From assembly GCA_963749215.1 (NCBI GenBank), contig CAVVMA010000007.1, positions 35,034 through 99,033 of the forward strand: DNA of 64,000 nt, read 5' to 3'. Below are positions 1 to 11,407 of the stretch, in pieces; position 1 is the first letter of the stretch; each line of letters opens with the position of its first letter. A program made the translations under genes and the position numbers. The notes under the pieces were generated by a model. The model was not told the origin of the DNA, did not search any database, and was given only the letters and a program-made list of their open reading frames with translations. This DNA is from an uncultured delta proteobacterium (GTDB lineage Bacteria; Desulfobacterota; Binatia; Binatales; Binataceae).

Positions 1-1453
1 TGGAGACTGCCGGCTCCTCCGACTCCTGCCCCACAACCCGCTCCGCAGGCGCGGGTCATCCGTTCGATCGCTGTCCTGCCGCTCGACAATTTCTCGGGCG
101 ATCCCGCACAGGAGTATTTCGCCGACGGCATGACCGACGAGTTGACCACCGACCTTGCGACGATCAGCGCGCTGCGAGTCATCTCGCGTACTTCGGTGAT
201 GAAGTTCAAAGGCGAACACCGCGAGTCGCTCCCCGAAATCGCCAAGCTGCTCAATGTCGATGCGGTGGTGGAAGGCTCCGTGGTGCGTTCGGGCGACCGG
301 GTGCGGATCACGGCGCAGTTGATCGATGCGCCAGCCGACAAACATCTATGGGCCAAGAGCTTCGAGCGTAGCTCTCGCGATGTGCTGGCTTTGCAGGACG
401 AATTGGCTTCGGCAATCGCGCGCGAGATCAATATCGAGCTGACGCCGGATGAGCAGGCGCGCTTCGCCACTGCCCGGCCCGTCAATCCCGAGGCGCACGA
501 CGCCGTTCTCAAGGGCAACTACTACCTGGACAAGTACACGCCGGATGACACCAGAAGGGCGATGGACTACTTCTCCCAAGCCGCTCAAGGCGGACCCACA
601 GTTCCCGGGGGCTTACGTTGGCCTGGGAAGGGGTTACAGTGCCAGCTCGTTTTTCCTTCCCAGTAAGGAGGCGATGCCGAAGGCAAGGGAGGCAGCCGAG
701 AAGGCATTGGAGCTAGGCGACGCTGACGGCGGCGCTCACTACGTGCTTGCGACCGTCAAATATCGATACGACTTCGACTGGCCGGGTGCGGAGGCGGAAT
801 TCCAGCGAGCGATAGCGATCGCCCCGAGTAGCGCGCAGGCTCATAGCGGCTACGGTTTCTTTCTAACGATGGAGGGCCGGTTCGAGCAAGCCGAGGCCGA
901 GCTGAAGCGGGCTTCGGAACTCGATCCGCTCAATCTCACGTTCGCCGTCCAAGTAGGTTTGACCTTCGTTCTACGGGGACAATACGAAAAGGCCGCAGAA
1001 CAGGACCGCAAAGTTCTGGAGATGGACCCGAACTTCGAGTTCGCGCATTTTGCCCTGGGTTCTATGGAGAATACGCGAGGCCGACCGGCAGACGCGATAC
1101 TCGAACTACAGAAGGCGCCCGCCCTGAGATCCTTTCCGACGCTAATCGCCAACCTGGGTTACGCGTATGCGGCCTCGGGCAGGCGCGACGAGGCGCTAAA
1201 ATTGATCGATGAGTTGTCGCGCCTGCCGTACCCGCCGCCGGGCTGCATAGCGATCATTTACCTCGGACTCGGCGACAAGGATCGGGCTTTTGAATGGCTC
1301 GCGAAGGCCTACGAGGAGCGGGACGGGGTCGTCCTGAGGTGGCTCAAGGTGGACAATCTCTACGACCCGGTGCGCTCTGACCCGCGCTTCATCGATCTGC
1401 TGAAAAAAGTCGGCTTGGAAAAAGTGACGCCATTGTCTCCAAACCAGCCATGA
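1..1453 (+). pseudogene. TolB_N-like plus TPR-repeat protein, C-terminal part. It is truncated at its 5' end by the window edge and frameshifted: frame 1 reads through to about 590, then frame 2 carries the TPR repeats to 1453. It is a tandem paralog of the C-terminal two thirds of the next gene.
   Basis: Frame 1 from nt 1 translates to VIRSIAVLPLDNFSGDPAQEYFADGMTDELTTDLA..., near-identical to the TolB_N-like segment of the 1450..3519 protein. The TPR region continues in frame 2 (ORF 449..1453). The junction falls between FSQA and LKADPQF at about 575-590 and is a single-nucleotide shift. Confidence 0.6.
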
Positions 1454-3519
1454 CTCGCAGCGGCACGGTGACTTTGCTGTTCACCGATCTGGTGAATTCG
1501 ACCGAGCTTCTGTCACGCACCGGCGACGACAGCGCCCATCGCATTTTCGAGACCCATCACAAGCTGCTCTCTGATGCGGTCAGCGCCAGCGGCGGACAGG
1601 AAGTGAAGTGGCTCGGCGACGGACTGATGGTCGCCTTCCCGTCGGCGGCCGACGCGGTGCGCTGCGCGATCACGATGCAGGAGGCGGCGCGGCGCGCGCC
1701 GGGCGAGCGGCTCTCGCTTCGAGTCGGGCTGCACGTCGGCGAGGCGATTAGGAAGGAAAGCGACTACTTCGGGACCGCGGTGGTGGTGGCGCGCCGGCTG
1801 TGCGAGAACGCCGCAGCCGGACAGATCCTGTGCAGCAGTTTGGTCGCTGGTCTGCTCGCCGGACGTCAATCGTTCAACTTCCGCGACCTGGGCGCGATGC
1901 GCTTGAAGGGACTCAGCACGCCGGTCGCCGCGTGCGAGTTGCTCTATCAGCGCGACGAGCCGGGCGCGCTCGCGCAGCCTGCGCCTACGGTGCCACTCTC
2001 GACCCAGCGTGTCAGCGGAGGACGTCGCGCACTCGTGGCAAGCGTAGCCGTACTGCTCATCGCAGCGCTCGCCTTAGGCATCGCGGAACGGAAGTCACTC
2101 GCTCCGAGCTCGGCCCTTCGGCTCGCCACCAAGGCGCGCGTCATCCGTTCGATCGCCGTACTTCCACTGGAGAACTTTTCGGGCGATCCCGCGCAGGAGT
2201 ATTTCGCCGATGGCATGACCGAGGAGCTGACCACCGACCTGGCGAAGATCAGCGCCCTGCGCGTGATCTCCCGCACCTCCGTGATGCAGTTCAAGGGCGA
2301 GCACCGCAAGCCGTTGCCCGAGATCGCGCGGCTGCTGAACGTCGATGCGGTGGTGGAAGGCTCGGTCCTGCGCGTCGGCGACAAAGTGCGGATCACCGCG
2401 CAGTTGATCGATGCGCCGGATGACAAACATCTCTGGGCGGACAGCTATGAGCGCAACACGCGCGACGTGCTGGCTTTGCAGGACGAAGTGGCTTCGGCAA
2501 TCGCACGCCAGATCAATATCGAGTTGACGCCGGATGAGCAGGCGCGCTTCGCCAATGCCCGCCCCGTCAATCCTCAAGCACACGATGCCTATCTCAAGGG
2601 CCGCTACTTCTGGAGCGAACCGAGCGAAGAAAGAGTAGGAAAAGCGCTGGAGCAATTCGACCAGGCGATCAAGGTAGATCCGGACTTCGCGCCGGCTTAT
2701 TCGGGAGTGGCCGACGCCTACGACTGGGCTGACGACTGGTATTCTCCCGCCAACGAAGTGATGCCGAAGGCGAAGGCGGCAGTCGAAAAAGCCTTGCAGT
2801 TGGATGACACCCTCGCCGAGGCTCACACGTCGCTGGCGCTTATCAAGGTCAGCTACGACTTCGATTGGGATGGAGCCGAGACCGAGTTTCACCGAGCGAT
2901 CGCGCTCAATCCCAGCTACGCCTACTCTCACGATCAGCACAGTCTGATTCTGTCGCTTCACGGGAGACTCGATGACGCCGTGGCTGAGTCGAAGCGGGCG
3001 ACCGAACTCGATCCTCTCTCCCCTGTGATCCCGCTCGACATGGCAGCAGCGCTCATCTGGCAGGCAAAGTACGAGGAGGCGAGGGAGCAGGTCCGCAAGG
3101 CACTGGATCTGGATCCAAACTTCTTCATGTCTCAATGGGTACTCGGATGGATCGACGTGCAGGCGGGGAAGGCCGGCGAAGCGATCCCAGAACTGCAAAA
3201 GGCCCGGTCGATGGGCTCGCCGCCGTTCGTCGCGGGCTGGCTGGGTTATGCCTATGCGGTGTCAGGCGAGCGCGACAAAGCGCAGGCGATCATCGCGGAG
3301 TTGAACCAGGCGTCTTCGCACCGGTTCGTCTCGCCATGGTGCACGGCGATAATCTATGTCGGTCTCGGCGATAAGCAGCGCGCCCTCGACGGGCTGGAGA
3401 AGTCCTACGAGGTGCGCTCGCAATGGCTGATCTGGCTCAAGATGGACAAGATCCTCGACCCGCTGCGCTCCGAACCGCGCTTCATCGAGTTGCTGAAAAA
3501 AGTAGGCCTGGACAAGTGA
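1450..3519 (+). CDS. Multidomain signalling protein: class III adenylate/guanylate cyclase catalytic domain, then a TM helix, a TolB_N-like domain and TPR repeats.
   Basis: The N-terminus has the cyclase motifs LLFTDLVNST, WLGDGLMVAF, LRVGLHVGEA and GTAVVVARRL. A hydrophobic segment VASVAVLLIAALALGIA follows. The VIRSIAVLPLENFSGDP...NVDAVVEGSV block is TolB_N-like, and several TPR-like repeats run to the end. The start overlaps the upstream stop (ATGA). Confidence 0.8.
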   Translation: MTRSGTVTLLFTDLVNSTELLSRTGDDSAHRIFETHHKLLSDAVSASGGQEVKWLGDGLMVAFPSAADAVRCAITMQEAARRAPGERLSLRVGLHVGEAIRKESDYFGTAVVVARRLCENAAAGQILCSSLVAGLLAGRQSFNFRDLGAMRLKGLSTPVAACELLYQRDEPGALAQPAPTVPLSTQRVSGGRRALVASVAVLLIAALALGIAERKSLAPSSALRLATKARVIRSIAVLPLENFSGDPAQEYFADGMTEELTTDLAKISALRVISRTSVMQFKGEHRKPLPEIARLLNVDAVVEGSVLRVGDKVRITAQLIDAPDDKHLWADSYERNTRDVLALQDEVASAIARQINIELTPDEQARFANARPVNPQAHDAYLKGRYFWSEPSEERVGKALEQFDQAIKVDPDFAPAYSGVADAYDWADDWYSPANEVMPKAKAAVEKALQLDDTLAEAHTSLALIKVSYDFDWDGAETEFHRAIALNPSYAYSHDQHSLILSLHGRLDDAVAESKRATELDPLSPVIPLDMAAALIWQAKYEEAREQVRKALDLDPNFFMSQWVLGWIDVQAGKAGEAIPELQKARSMGSPPFVAGWLGYAYAVSGERDKAQAIIAELNQASSHRFVSPWCTAIIYVGLGDKQRALDGLEKSYEVRSQWLIWLKMDKILDPLRSEPRFIELLKKVGLDK

Positions 3520-3559
3520 CGGCGCTCGCGCTGACGCCCCGTCGCGGCGCTGCTTCCCG

Positions 3560-6151
3560 CTAGTGAAACAGCTTCTCCAGCGGCGAGCCCGAACCGCCGT
3601 TGAGTAGCCCGCCGAGGCCGCCCGTGCCCTTCTTGCCCAGGACGCCGCCGAGCAGCTTGCCGGCTTTCTTCTGAAACTCGCCCTGGGCTGCGGTCTCTAT
3701 CATCGCCTGGATATCGGGAAGAACCTCCGGCTTGGGCAGCGTGCCGACGATCTGAACGGGAATCTCGATCTCGCCGTTCTTGTCCGCCAGCAGCGCGACG
3801 GCCTTCTTGTTCGCTTCGAGCTCGCCGCTGAGCTCCTTGGCGATGATCAGCCTGACCTTCAGGTCGATGTTCTTGTCGGCGTCGAAACTTCCGTCGCCGA
3901 GGATCCTGTAGTCGGGGGACTCGACGGCGATATCGTGCGAGACGATCCGGGGCCCCTCAATCGTGAAGGTCAGGCTGGCTTGCCGGATGTCGGTGTCGGG
4001 CGAGGCGAACAGCTCCGGATGGCGCGCGATCACGTCGGGGCTCACGAGGTCGCCCACGCCGGGAATTTGCTTCGTCTTCTTCATCGCCAGCGCAGCGACA
4101 TTGACGCCGACCAGCTTGCCGTTCTGAATCGCCGCTTTCCCTCCGCCGCGAAGCGTCGGCTTGATTTGCGCGGCGGTAGCGCCGCGGCCCGAGACCTGAA
4201 TCCGTCCGCTCAGTGAGCCGCGAACCGTGCCGGCCGCCTTGGCTTTCTGCGAGGCGAGCGCTTTTTCCAGATCGATATTGTCGAGGTTGAGCGTGGCCTC
4301 GAACGGGCGCGCCTTGGTCATCGTGGCGACGGCAGACGCGGCGATCGTGCCGCCGAACGCATTGAACTTTACCGACCGGATATCGACTCGCTGGTCCGCA
4401 TACGAGGCCGTCAACGCCAGGTCCTGGTACTCGACGTTGGAGACCGTGCCCGCGCCCGACCTGGCGTCGGCGCTCACCTCCGGCGCCGCCAATGTTCCGC
4501 CGAAGGTTCCGCTCGCCGATAGCTGACGAAGCTCTTCGGGATTGTCGGACTTGCGCGAAGGAACGACCTCGGCAAGCCGCAGCAGGTCGTCGCTGAACTG
4601 CAAGCTCCCCCTGAGCGGGTCAAACGAGGCGACATTGGCCTGGAGCTTCGCGTGCCCCGAACCGAGATCGAAACTGGTCGGCTCGATCACGGCGCCATTG
4701 CCGCTCAGGCGGACATTGCCGTTCAGATTGGCGAGCGCAGGAAGCGCGCCGCCTTCGGGGCTGATTGTCACTCCCGAAAGCGCGACTGTTCCATTCGCCT
4801 CCAGATGCGGGCCCACAATCTTGAGTTGCAGGTTGCGCGAGCCGGGCTTGGCGCCGCCAGGCGATGCGACGAGCACAGGGTGCGGTAGCGCGACTTTCAA
4901 GTCGACGTGAACTTCGGCATCGCCCGCCGCGCCGTATCTCGCGACTGCGGGTATCGTCTTGACGACCGGCCCGAGGTCGAAGCGATTGGTGTCAATTCGG
5001 GCCTGCGCGATTTGCTGATCGAAATGCAGATTCGCCAGTTTCAGCTCGAGGCCTGCGAGCAAGACCTTGGTCTGCTCGACAGCCACGATCCCGTGGTCTC
5101 GAGACACCGAAACGGAGATGTCGAACGGAACGCCGGCGGGTTTGTCCAGCACTCCCTGGTAAATCACTTGGGGAGAGCTCAAGTCGGTAGTGAGCGCGAT
5201 CTTGAGCGAATCCGGCACGCCGCTGACCTTGGCCTCGAGCTTGAAAAAATCCGATATCGCCAGCGGCAGCGGTATGAGCCGCTGGACGATCGGGGATTGC
5301 CGCATTCGCTCCAAAAGCAAGGGACCGACCGTGGCTTCCAGCTCCAGCGGCAAGGCGCCAAAGTCGAGCTTGCCGCCGCTCACCAGCGGACCGACCTCGC
5401 CCGAAACCGTCACGTTCTGATCGCTGTCGAGGACGGCCATCTTGCCCGCGATGTCGAAAGGCTCGCCGGCGCTGAAATGGTTCACGTCGAAGTCGATCGC
5501 CGTGATCTGAAGCGGCTCGCCGCCCATGCTCAGGTCGCTGAAGGAGACCGTCCCGTTCTGGATATTGAACGTATTGACGGCGAACCGTTCCAAGGCGCCG
5601 AGGTTGCCCGAACCCTTGCTCTGCGTGGTTTCACCCTGCGCAGGTTCGCTCTCCGCGATCGATGGGCCGGAAGCCGTGCCGCCCTGCTCGGTCGGTATTT
5701 TCTCGCCGGGCTTCCCGGTGGCCGGGCGGTTGAGGGTCGGCACGCTGCTTTCAGGCTTCTTTCCGAGCGCGCTCAAGTTGAGCTTTCCGCCCGGATCGCG
5801 GACGATTCGCACCTGCGGGCCTTTGAACACCAGCCGGCGCAGGTGCAGATGGCCGCCCAAAAGCGCGAGCAGCTCGGCCTCGCCGTAGACCTCGGACGCC
5901 TCGATTATCTGCGACTGCGAGAAAGCCGGAGCGTCCGCGATCTTGAGCCCGGTGATGTCCAGCACCACGCCCCATCCGAGGCTCGCCTTAACGTCGCCGA
6001 CCTCGACCTGGCGGCCGATCGCTTCGCTGATTTTAACCAGCACGCGACCCTTGTTTTCGCTGATGATGCGGTTGAGATTAAGGACGGCGTATCCCAAGAT
6101 CGCGACGACTATCAGGAGTGCGGCACCGGCGATGATCAAGGCTCTGCGCAT
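3560..6151 (-). CDS. AsmA-family outer-membrane assembly/biogenesis protein. It has an N-terminal TM anchor and is 863 aa long.
   Basis: N-terminus MRRALIIAGAALLIVVAILGYAVLNLNRI. The long Gly/Ala/Val-rich beta-rich body is typical of AsmA/DUF748 proteins. A GGAG Shine-Dalgarno (SD) lies 8 nt upstream. Confidence 0.65.
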   Translation of the reverse strand: MRRALIIAGAALLIVVAILGYAVLNLNRIISENKGRVLVKISEAIGRQVEVGDVKASLGWGVVLDITGLKIADAPAFSQSQIIEASEVYGEAELLALLGGHLHLRRLVFKGPQVRIVRDPGGKLNLSALGKKPESSVPTLNRPATGKPGEKIPTEQGGTASGPSIAESEPAQGETTQSKGSGNLGALERFAVNTFNIQNGTVSFSDLSMGGEPLQITAIDFDVNHFSAGEPFDIAGKMAVLDSDQNVTVSGEVGPLVSGGKLDFGALPLELEATVGPLLLERMRQSPIVQRLIPLPLAISDFFKLEAKVSGVPDSLKIALTTDLSSPQVIYQGVLDKPAGVPFDISVSVSRDHGIVAVEQTKVLLAGLELKLANLHFDQQIAQARIDTNRFDLGPVVKTIPAVARYGAAGDAEVHVDLKVALPHPVLVASPGGAKPGSRNLQLKIVGPHLEANGTVALSGVTISPEGGALPALANLNGNVRLSGNGAVIEPTSFDLGSGHAKLQANVASFDPLRGSLQFSDDLLRLAEVVPSRKSDNPEELRQLSASGTFGGTLAAPEVSADARSGAGTVSNVEYQDLALTASYADQRVDIRSVKFNAFGGTIAASAVATMTKARPFEATLNLDNIDLEKALASQKAKAAGTVRGSLSGRIQVSGRGATAAQIKPTLRGGGKAAIQNGKLVGVNVAALAMKKTKQIPGVGDLVSPDVIARHPELFASPDTDIRQASLTFTIEGPRIVSHDIAVESPDYRILGDGSFDADKNIDLKVRLIIAKELSGELEANKKAVALLADKNGEIEIPVQIVGTLPKPEVLPDIQAMIETAAQGEFQKKAGKLLGGVLGKKGTGGLGGLLNGGSGSPLEKLFH

Positions 6152-6255
6152 TGGAAGCTCCGGCTGTTTTGCGATCGCGCGCGTATCGGTTTACGCTGCG
6201 CGTATCGCGAACGTAGAATACCACGCGAAGGTCTTCAGAAGGACGAGGTGACTCC

Positions 6256-6717
6256 ATGCTCGAAACAGGAAAGCCGTTTCCGAATTTCTCGCTTCAGAAC
6301 CAGGACGGCAAAATGGTGAAGCTCGGCGATTTCGCCGGCAAGTGGCTGGTCGTCTACTTTTATCCAAAGGATGATACGCCGGGCTGCACGATTCAGGGCA
6401 AGTCGTTCACCGCGAGCAAGTCGGATTTCGACGCCGCCGCGATCGGCGTGGTCGGCGTCAGCCAGGACGACGTGACCTCGCACAAAAGCTTCTGCAACAA
6501 GTTCGCCTTTACGATCGATCTGCTCGCCGACCCCAAGGCCGAGCTGATCAAGGCGTGCGGGGTCGGGCAAGGCGAGTGGAACGGCATGAAGTACTGGGAA
6601 CGGACGAGCTTTGTGATCGATCCGAAAGGCGCGGTCCGCAAGGTCTATGCGAAGGTGAATCCGCAGGGACACGAGAAGGTCCTGCTCGAAGAGATCAAGC
6701 AGATGCAGGCCTCGTGA
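6256..6717 (+). CDS. bcp: Thiol peroxidase / peroxiredoxin Bcp
   Basis: FPNFSLQNQDGKMVKLGDFAGKWLVVYFYPKDDTPGCT is the peroxidatic Cys motif of the Bcp/PrxQ family. Length is 153 aa. A GAGG SD lies upstream. Confidence 0.85.
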   Translation: MLETGKPFPNFSLQNQDGKMVKLGDFAGKWLVVYFYPKDDTPGCTIQGKSFTASKSDFDAAAIGVVGVSQDDVTSHKSFCNKFAFTIDLLADPKAELIKACGVGQGEWNGMKYWERTSFVIDPKGAVRKVYAKVNPQGHEKVLLEEIKQMQAS

Positions 6718-6740
6718 CTTTCGGCTGGGGCGAATAACCG

Positions 6741-7832
6741 ATGATTACCTCGGGCGACGACTATCCGATTCATCAGACGCCGGAGCCGGTGCAGCAGGTC
6801 TTCACCGGCGATCGCAACTTTTACGATCGCTTCTTCTTCAACGGCTACTGGCGCGAGGGCGAGCCGTATTTCGCGGTCGCGATGGGGGTCTATCCGAACC
6901 TGGGAATCATGGACGCGGCCTTCTGCGCGATCGTGGACGGCGTGCAGCATTGCGTTCGCGCCTCGCGGGTGCTGGGCGCCGACCGGCTCGACACGCGCGT
7001 CGGCCCGATTGCGATCGAGGTGGTGCGGCCGATGCGCGCCCTGCGGCTCCGGGTCGATCACGAAGCCTTGAGCGCCGACCTGGTTTTCGAGGCTCGCGCG
7101 AAACCAATCGAAGAACCGCGCTTCACGCGGCGTTCGGGTCCGCGAACCGTGATGGACTTGACGCGCTTCACGCAGCACGGCGGCTACTCGGGCGCCATGA
7201 CGGTGGCGGGCCGCCGCTTCGAGGCGGCGCCCTCGCGGACCTGGGGCTCGCGCGATCGATCGTGGGGAATCCGCGGCGTGGGCGAGCGCGAGCCGGCGGG
7301 AGTGCCGGACCCGACCGGGCCGCAATTCTTCTGGCTCTGGTCGCCCGTCAACTTCGAGGATTACTGCACGCACTTCGACGTGAACGAAAGCGCGAACGGC
7401 ACGCGATGGCATCAGTTCGGCGCGGCCGGCCGCGCCGCTCTCGACGCGGAAATCGAGCCGATCGCGTCGGTCGACTGGAGCGTGGACTATCGCCCGGGGA
7501 CGCGCCACGCCAGGCGCGCACAAATCATCTTACGCGGCGATGCGGCGCAGGAGCATCGGGTGGAGCTCGAGACGCTCTACAACTTCTACATGCAGGCCCT
7601 CGGCTATCTGCATCCCAAGTGGGGCCACGGAATGTACGTCGGCGCCGACGTCTCGACCTACGAATCGTTCAAGCTGTCGGAAGCCGACGAGCGCAGCCCG
7701 CTGTTTCAGCATATCCAGGCCGTGTCCCGCGCGCGGCTCGGCAATCGCGAAGGGATCGGAATCCTGGAGATGCTGATAATCGGCCCGCACGAAAAGAGCG
7801 GCTTCAAGGAAATTTTCGACATGCACCCGTGA
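6741..7832 (+). CDS. Conserved hypothetical protein of 363 aa with no recognisable family.
   Basis: It is a long ORF with GC3-rich codon usage, and amino-acid composition typical of real proteins. No diagnostic motif was recognised. Confidence 0.5.
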   Translation: MITSGDDYPIHQTPEPVQQVFTGDRNFYDRFFFNGYWREGEPYFAVAMGVYPNLGIMDAAFCAIVDGVQHCVRASRVLGADRLDTRVGPIAIEVVRPMRALRLRVDHEALSADLVFEARAKPIEEPRFTRRSGPRTVMDLTRFTQHGGYSGAMTVAGRRFEAAPSRTWGSRDRSWGIRGVGEREPAGVPDPTGPQFFWLWSPVNFEDYCTHFDVNESANGTRWHQFGAAGRAALDAEIEPIASVDWSVDYRPGTRHARRAQIILRGDAAQEHRVELETLYNFYMQALGYLHPKWGHGMYVGADVSTYESFKLSEADERSPLFQHIQAVSRARLGNREGIGILEMLIIGPHEKSGFKEIFDMHP

Positions 7833-8273
7833 GGAGCGCGTGCCGTCTCTACCGCCCGGCTCCGTTGGACTGCGCAAGCCCCTGCATACGAAGCGATAGC
7901 GATCGGCAGGCGCAGAGTCGCCGGGTCAACGGAACAGCTTGCCGACTACCCTGCGAAGTACGCCGCCCTTGTTTTCGATCGGCGGCAGATCGTTGCCGGC
8001 CTTGAGCGCCGCGAAACGCTCCTCGACTTCAGCTTCAACGGGAAAACGCCCGACTTCCGATTTGGAGAAGATCAGGCGGCCGTCGACCAGGACGTTCGAA
8101 CTGGCCGCTGCGGCCCGGCGTTATTCTAACGCTTTCCCCGAAGCGTGATTCCAAAGAGGCGGCCAGACTGGCCGCGCGTGGTTTGTAGCCTCAGGGCACG
8201 CAGTAGAGAATTTCGGTAGCCATGCCTACAAGCTAGTCCCGCGCGGCGGGCGACTCAAATCTCGCGGCCGCGC

Positions 8274-8837
8274 CTATTTGCCGTCGGGAAGATCGACGAA
8301 GACTGCGGCGGCCACGACCGTGGTCCACAGCCCGTCGCGATCGCCGATCGCCGATTGCGTGACGTTGCGGGTCTGCACGATCTTGTCGGACATCCGCCAG
8401 ATGTCCTTGCGCTCGTCGTAGCTCGCGTTGGGATCGAAATCGACGCCCAGGATCGTCGCGAGCATCGTCGCCGCCAGGTCCTCGGCGTAATCGCCGGCCT
8501 TCTGATCGGTTTCGCCGAAGCTGTGATGCTCCGAGAGATAGCCGTACTGGCTGGGGTTGGCAGGAATCGCGAGCCCGACCGAGGCCGCGACCAGGCGATG
8601 GGGCTCGTTGGTCGCGTTGTCGTACATCACGGCGTACACGACCTGTCCGGGCGTCAGGCGCTTGAGTCCTTCCTGGATCGAGATCACCTTGCAGTTGGGA
8701 GGAAAGATCGAGCTGACGCGCACAATGTTGAACTCGGCGATACCGGCGCTGCGCAGCGCCAGCTCGAACGAGCTGAGCTTCTCGCGATGCTTGCCCACGC
8801 CCTTGGTGAGAAAGATTCCCTTCGCAATCGGCCCCAT
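8274..8837 (-). CDS. pdaD: Pyruvoyl-dependent arginine decarboxylase
   Basis: [17 protein letters not shown]...[11 protein letters not shown] matches the PvlArgDC family, including the Ser-Ser self-cleavage site (compare archaeal NLIRISSIMPP). Length is 187 aa. GGAGAA lies upstream. Confidence 0.8.
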   Translation of the reverse strand: MGPIAKGIFLTKGVGKHREKLSSFELALRSAGIAEFNIVRVSSIFPPNCKVISIQEGLKRLTPGQVVYAVMYDNATNEPHRLVAASVGLAIPANPSQYGYLSEHHSFGETDQKAGDYAEDLAATMLATILGVDFDPNASYDERKDIWRMSDKIVQTRNVTQSAIGDRDGLWTTVVAAAVFVDLPDGK

Positions 8838-8976
8838 CTCTTCAGTTCTCCGCTTCGGCCAAAATTCAGCTTCCTATAATGAAGAACGTGCGGCGGCAGA
8901 GCAATGATGCGCGCCGTTCCAGGCGCGAATTTCGTGTCACGCGCCTGTCACAATGCAGGGTTCGGCGCACGCGTAG

Positions 8977-10650
<1,674 letters not shown>

Positions 10651-10703
10651 CCTGAATCCAGCTCGTTGATTCCCGCTGATTCCTATCCGTTGATACCTGA
10701 TTA

Positions 10704-11204
10704 CTACTCTATGACCAGCAGCAGCTCTCCTTTCTCGACCGTCTGGCCCGCCGTCACCTTAACTTCTACCACTTTTCCCGCCTTCGGGGCCTTGAGCTCA
10801 TTCTCCATCTTCATCGCCTCGATTATAAGCACGCCCTGGCCGGCCTCGACTTCGTCGCCGGCGGCGACCAGCACGTTGACGACCCGTCCCGGCATCATCG
10901 CCTTGAGCTCCGCGCGGCCACTTGCCGCACGCGCCTTGCCGGCGGAAGAAGCGCGGCGCGAGCGATCGGTCAGGCTCAGCCGGCTCGATCCGTCGCGCGA
11001 GGCGACCAGAATCTGGCCGCCTTCCTGATGCAGCTCGAAATCGAACGATCGCCCGCCGACCAGCACCGAAAAGGACGCCGGCCCGACTTTACTGACGTCG
11101 GCCTCGAATTGCTGCTCACCGAACCGGACCAGGCATCGGCCGCCCTCGAGCTCTTCGACTTCGAGCTCGTGCTCCGTACCTTCGAACGTGGCGAGGTAAC
11201 GCAT
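10704..11204 (-). CDS. Biotin carboxyl carrier / biotin-requiring domain protein
   Basis: The C-terminal biotinyl domain carries [24 protein letters not shown], with the biotinylated Lys in the AMKM motif. Confidence 0.8.
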   Translation of the reverse strand: MRYLATFEGTEHELEVEELEGGRCLVRFGEQQFEADVSKVGPASFSVLVGGRSFDFELHQEGGQILVASRDGSSRLSLTDRSRRASSAGKARAASGRAELKAMMPGRVVNVLVAAGDEVEAGQGVLIIEAMKMENELKAPKAGKVVEVKVTAGQTVEKGELLLVIE

Positions 11205-11259
11205 TTGGAACTAAGCTCGCAACGCGAGCTGCGAGTAAGAGTCGAGCGCAGCTTCTGAG

Positions 11260-11369
11260 CCCTCTCCCATTGTCTGGGAGAGGGTATGGGTGAGGGTCCG
11301 GCAGAGGACTTTAAGTTTTTCTTCCGGTCGGACCCTCACCCCAACCCTCTCGCGTCCAGCGGGAGAGGG
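11260..11369. repeat. Three consecutive GC-rich hairpins in the bccp-accC intercistronic spacer. Two of them belong to a recurring REP-like palindrome family, CCCTCTCCC-(5 nt)-GGGAGAGGG.
   Basis: The three stems are 11260-11284 CCCTCTCCCAttgtcTGGGAGAGGG, 11288-11342 GGGTGAGGGTCCG...CGGACCCTCACCC, and 11345-11369 CCCTCTCGCGtccagCGGGAGAGGG. Confidence 0.55.
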
Positions 11370-11407
11370 CTCAAGAGTTGCTCCTAGCCCTGAGGGAACT
11401 TCGGTCA

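Noticed and set aside
2095-3198. Long antisense or alternate-frame ORFs listed in the ORF track (for example 2095..3198−, 4907..6319+, 8995..10344+, 9770..10609−, 11498..12628+, 12900..14633+, 16358..18418+, 22385..23203+, 24986..26401+, 36306..37373−, 36671..38386+, 43183..44889+, 61658..62491−, and the first 850 nt of 35511..37463+)
   Set aside because: They overlap confidently identified genes on the other strand or in another frame. They have Arg/Gly/Pro/Ala-rich low-complexity translations typical of out-of-frame reading of high-GC DNA, and they show no family motifs.
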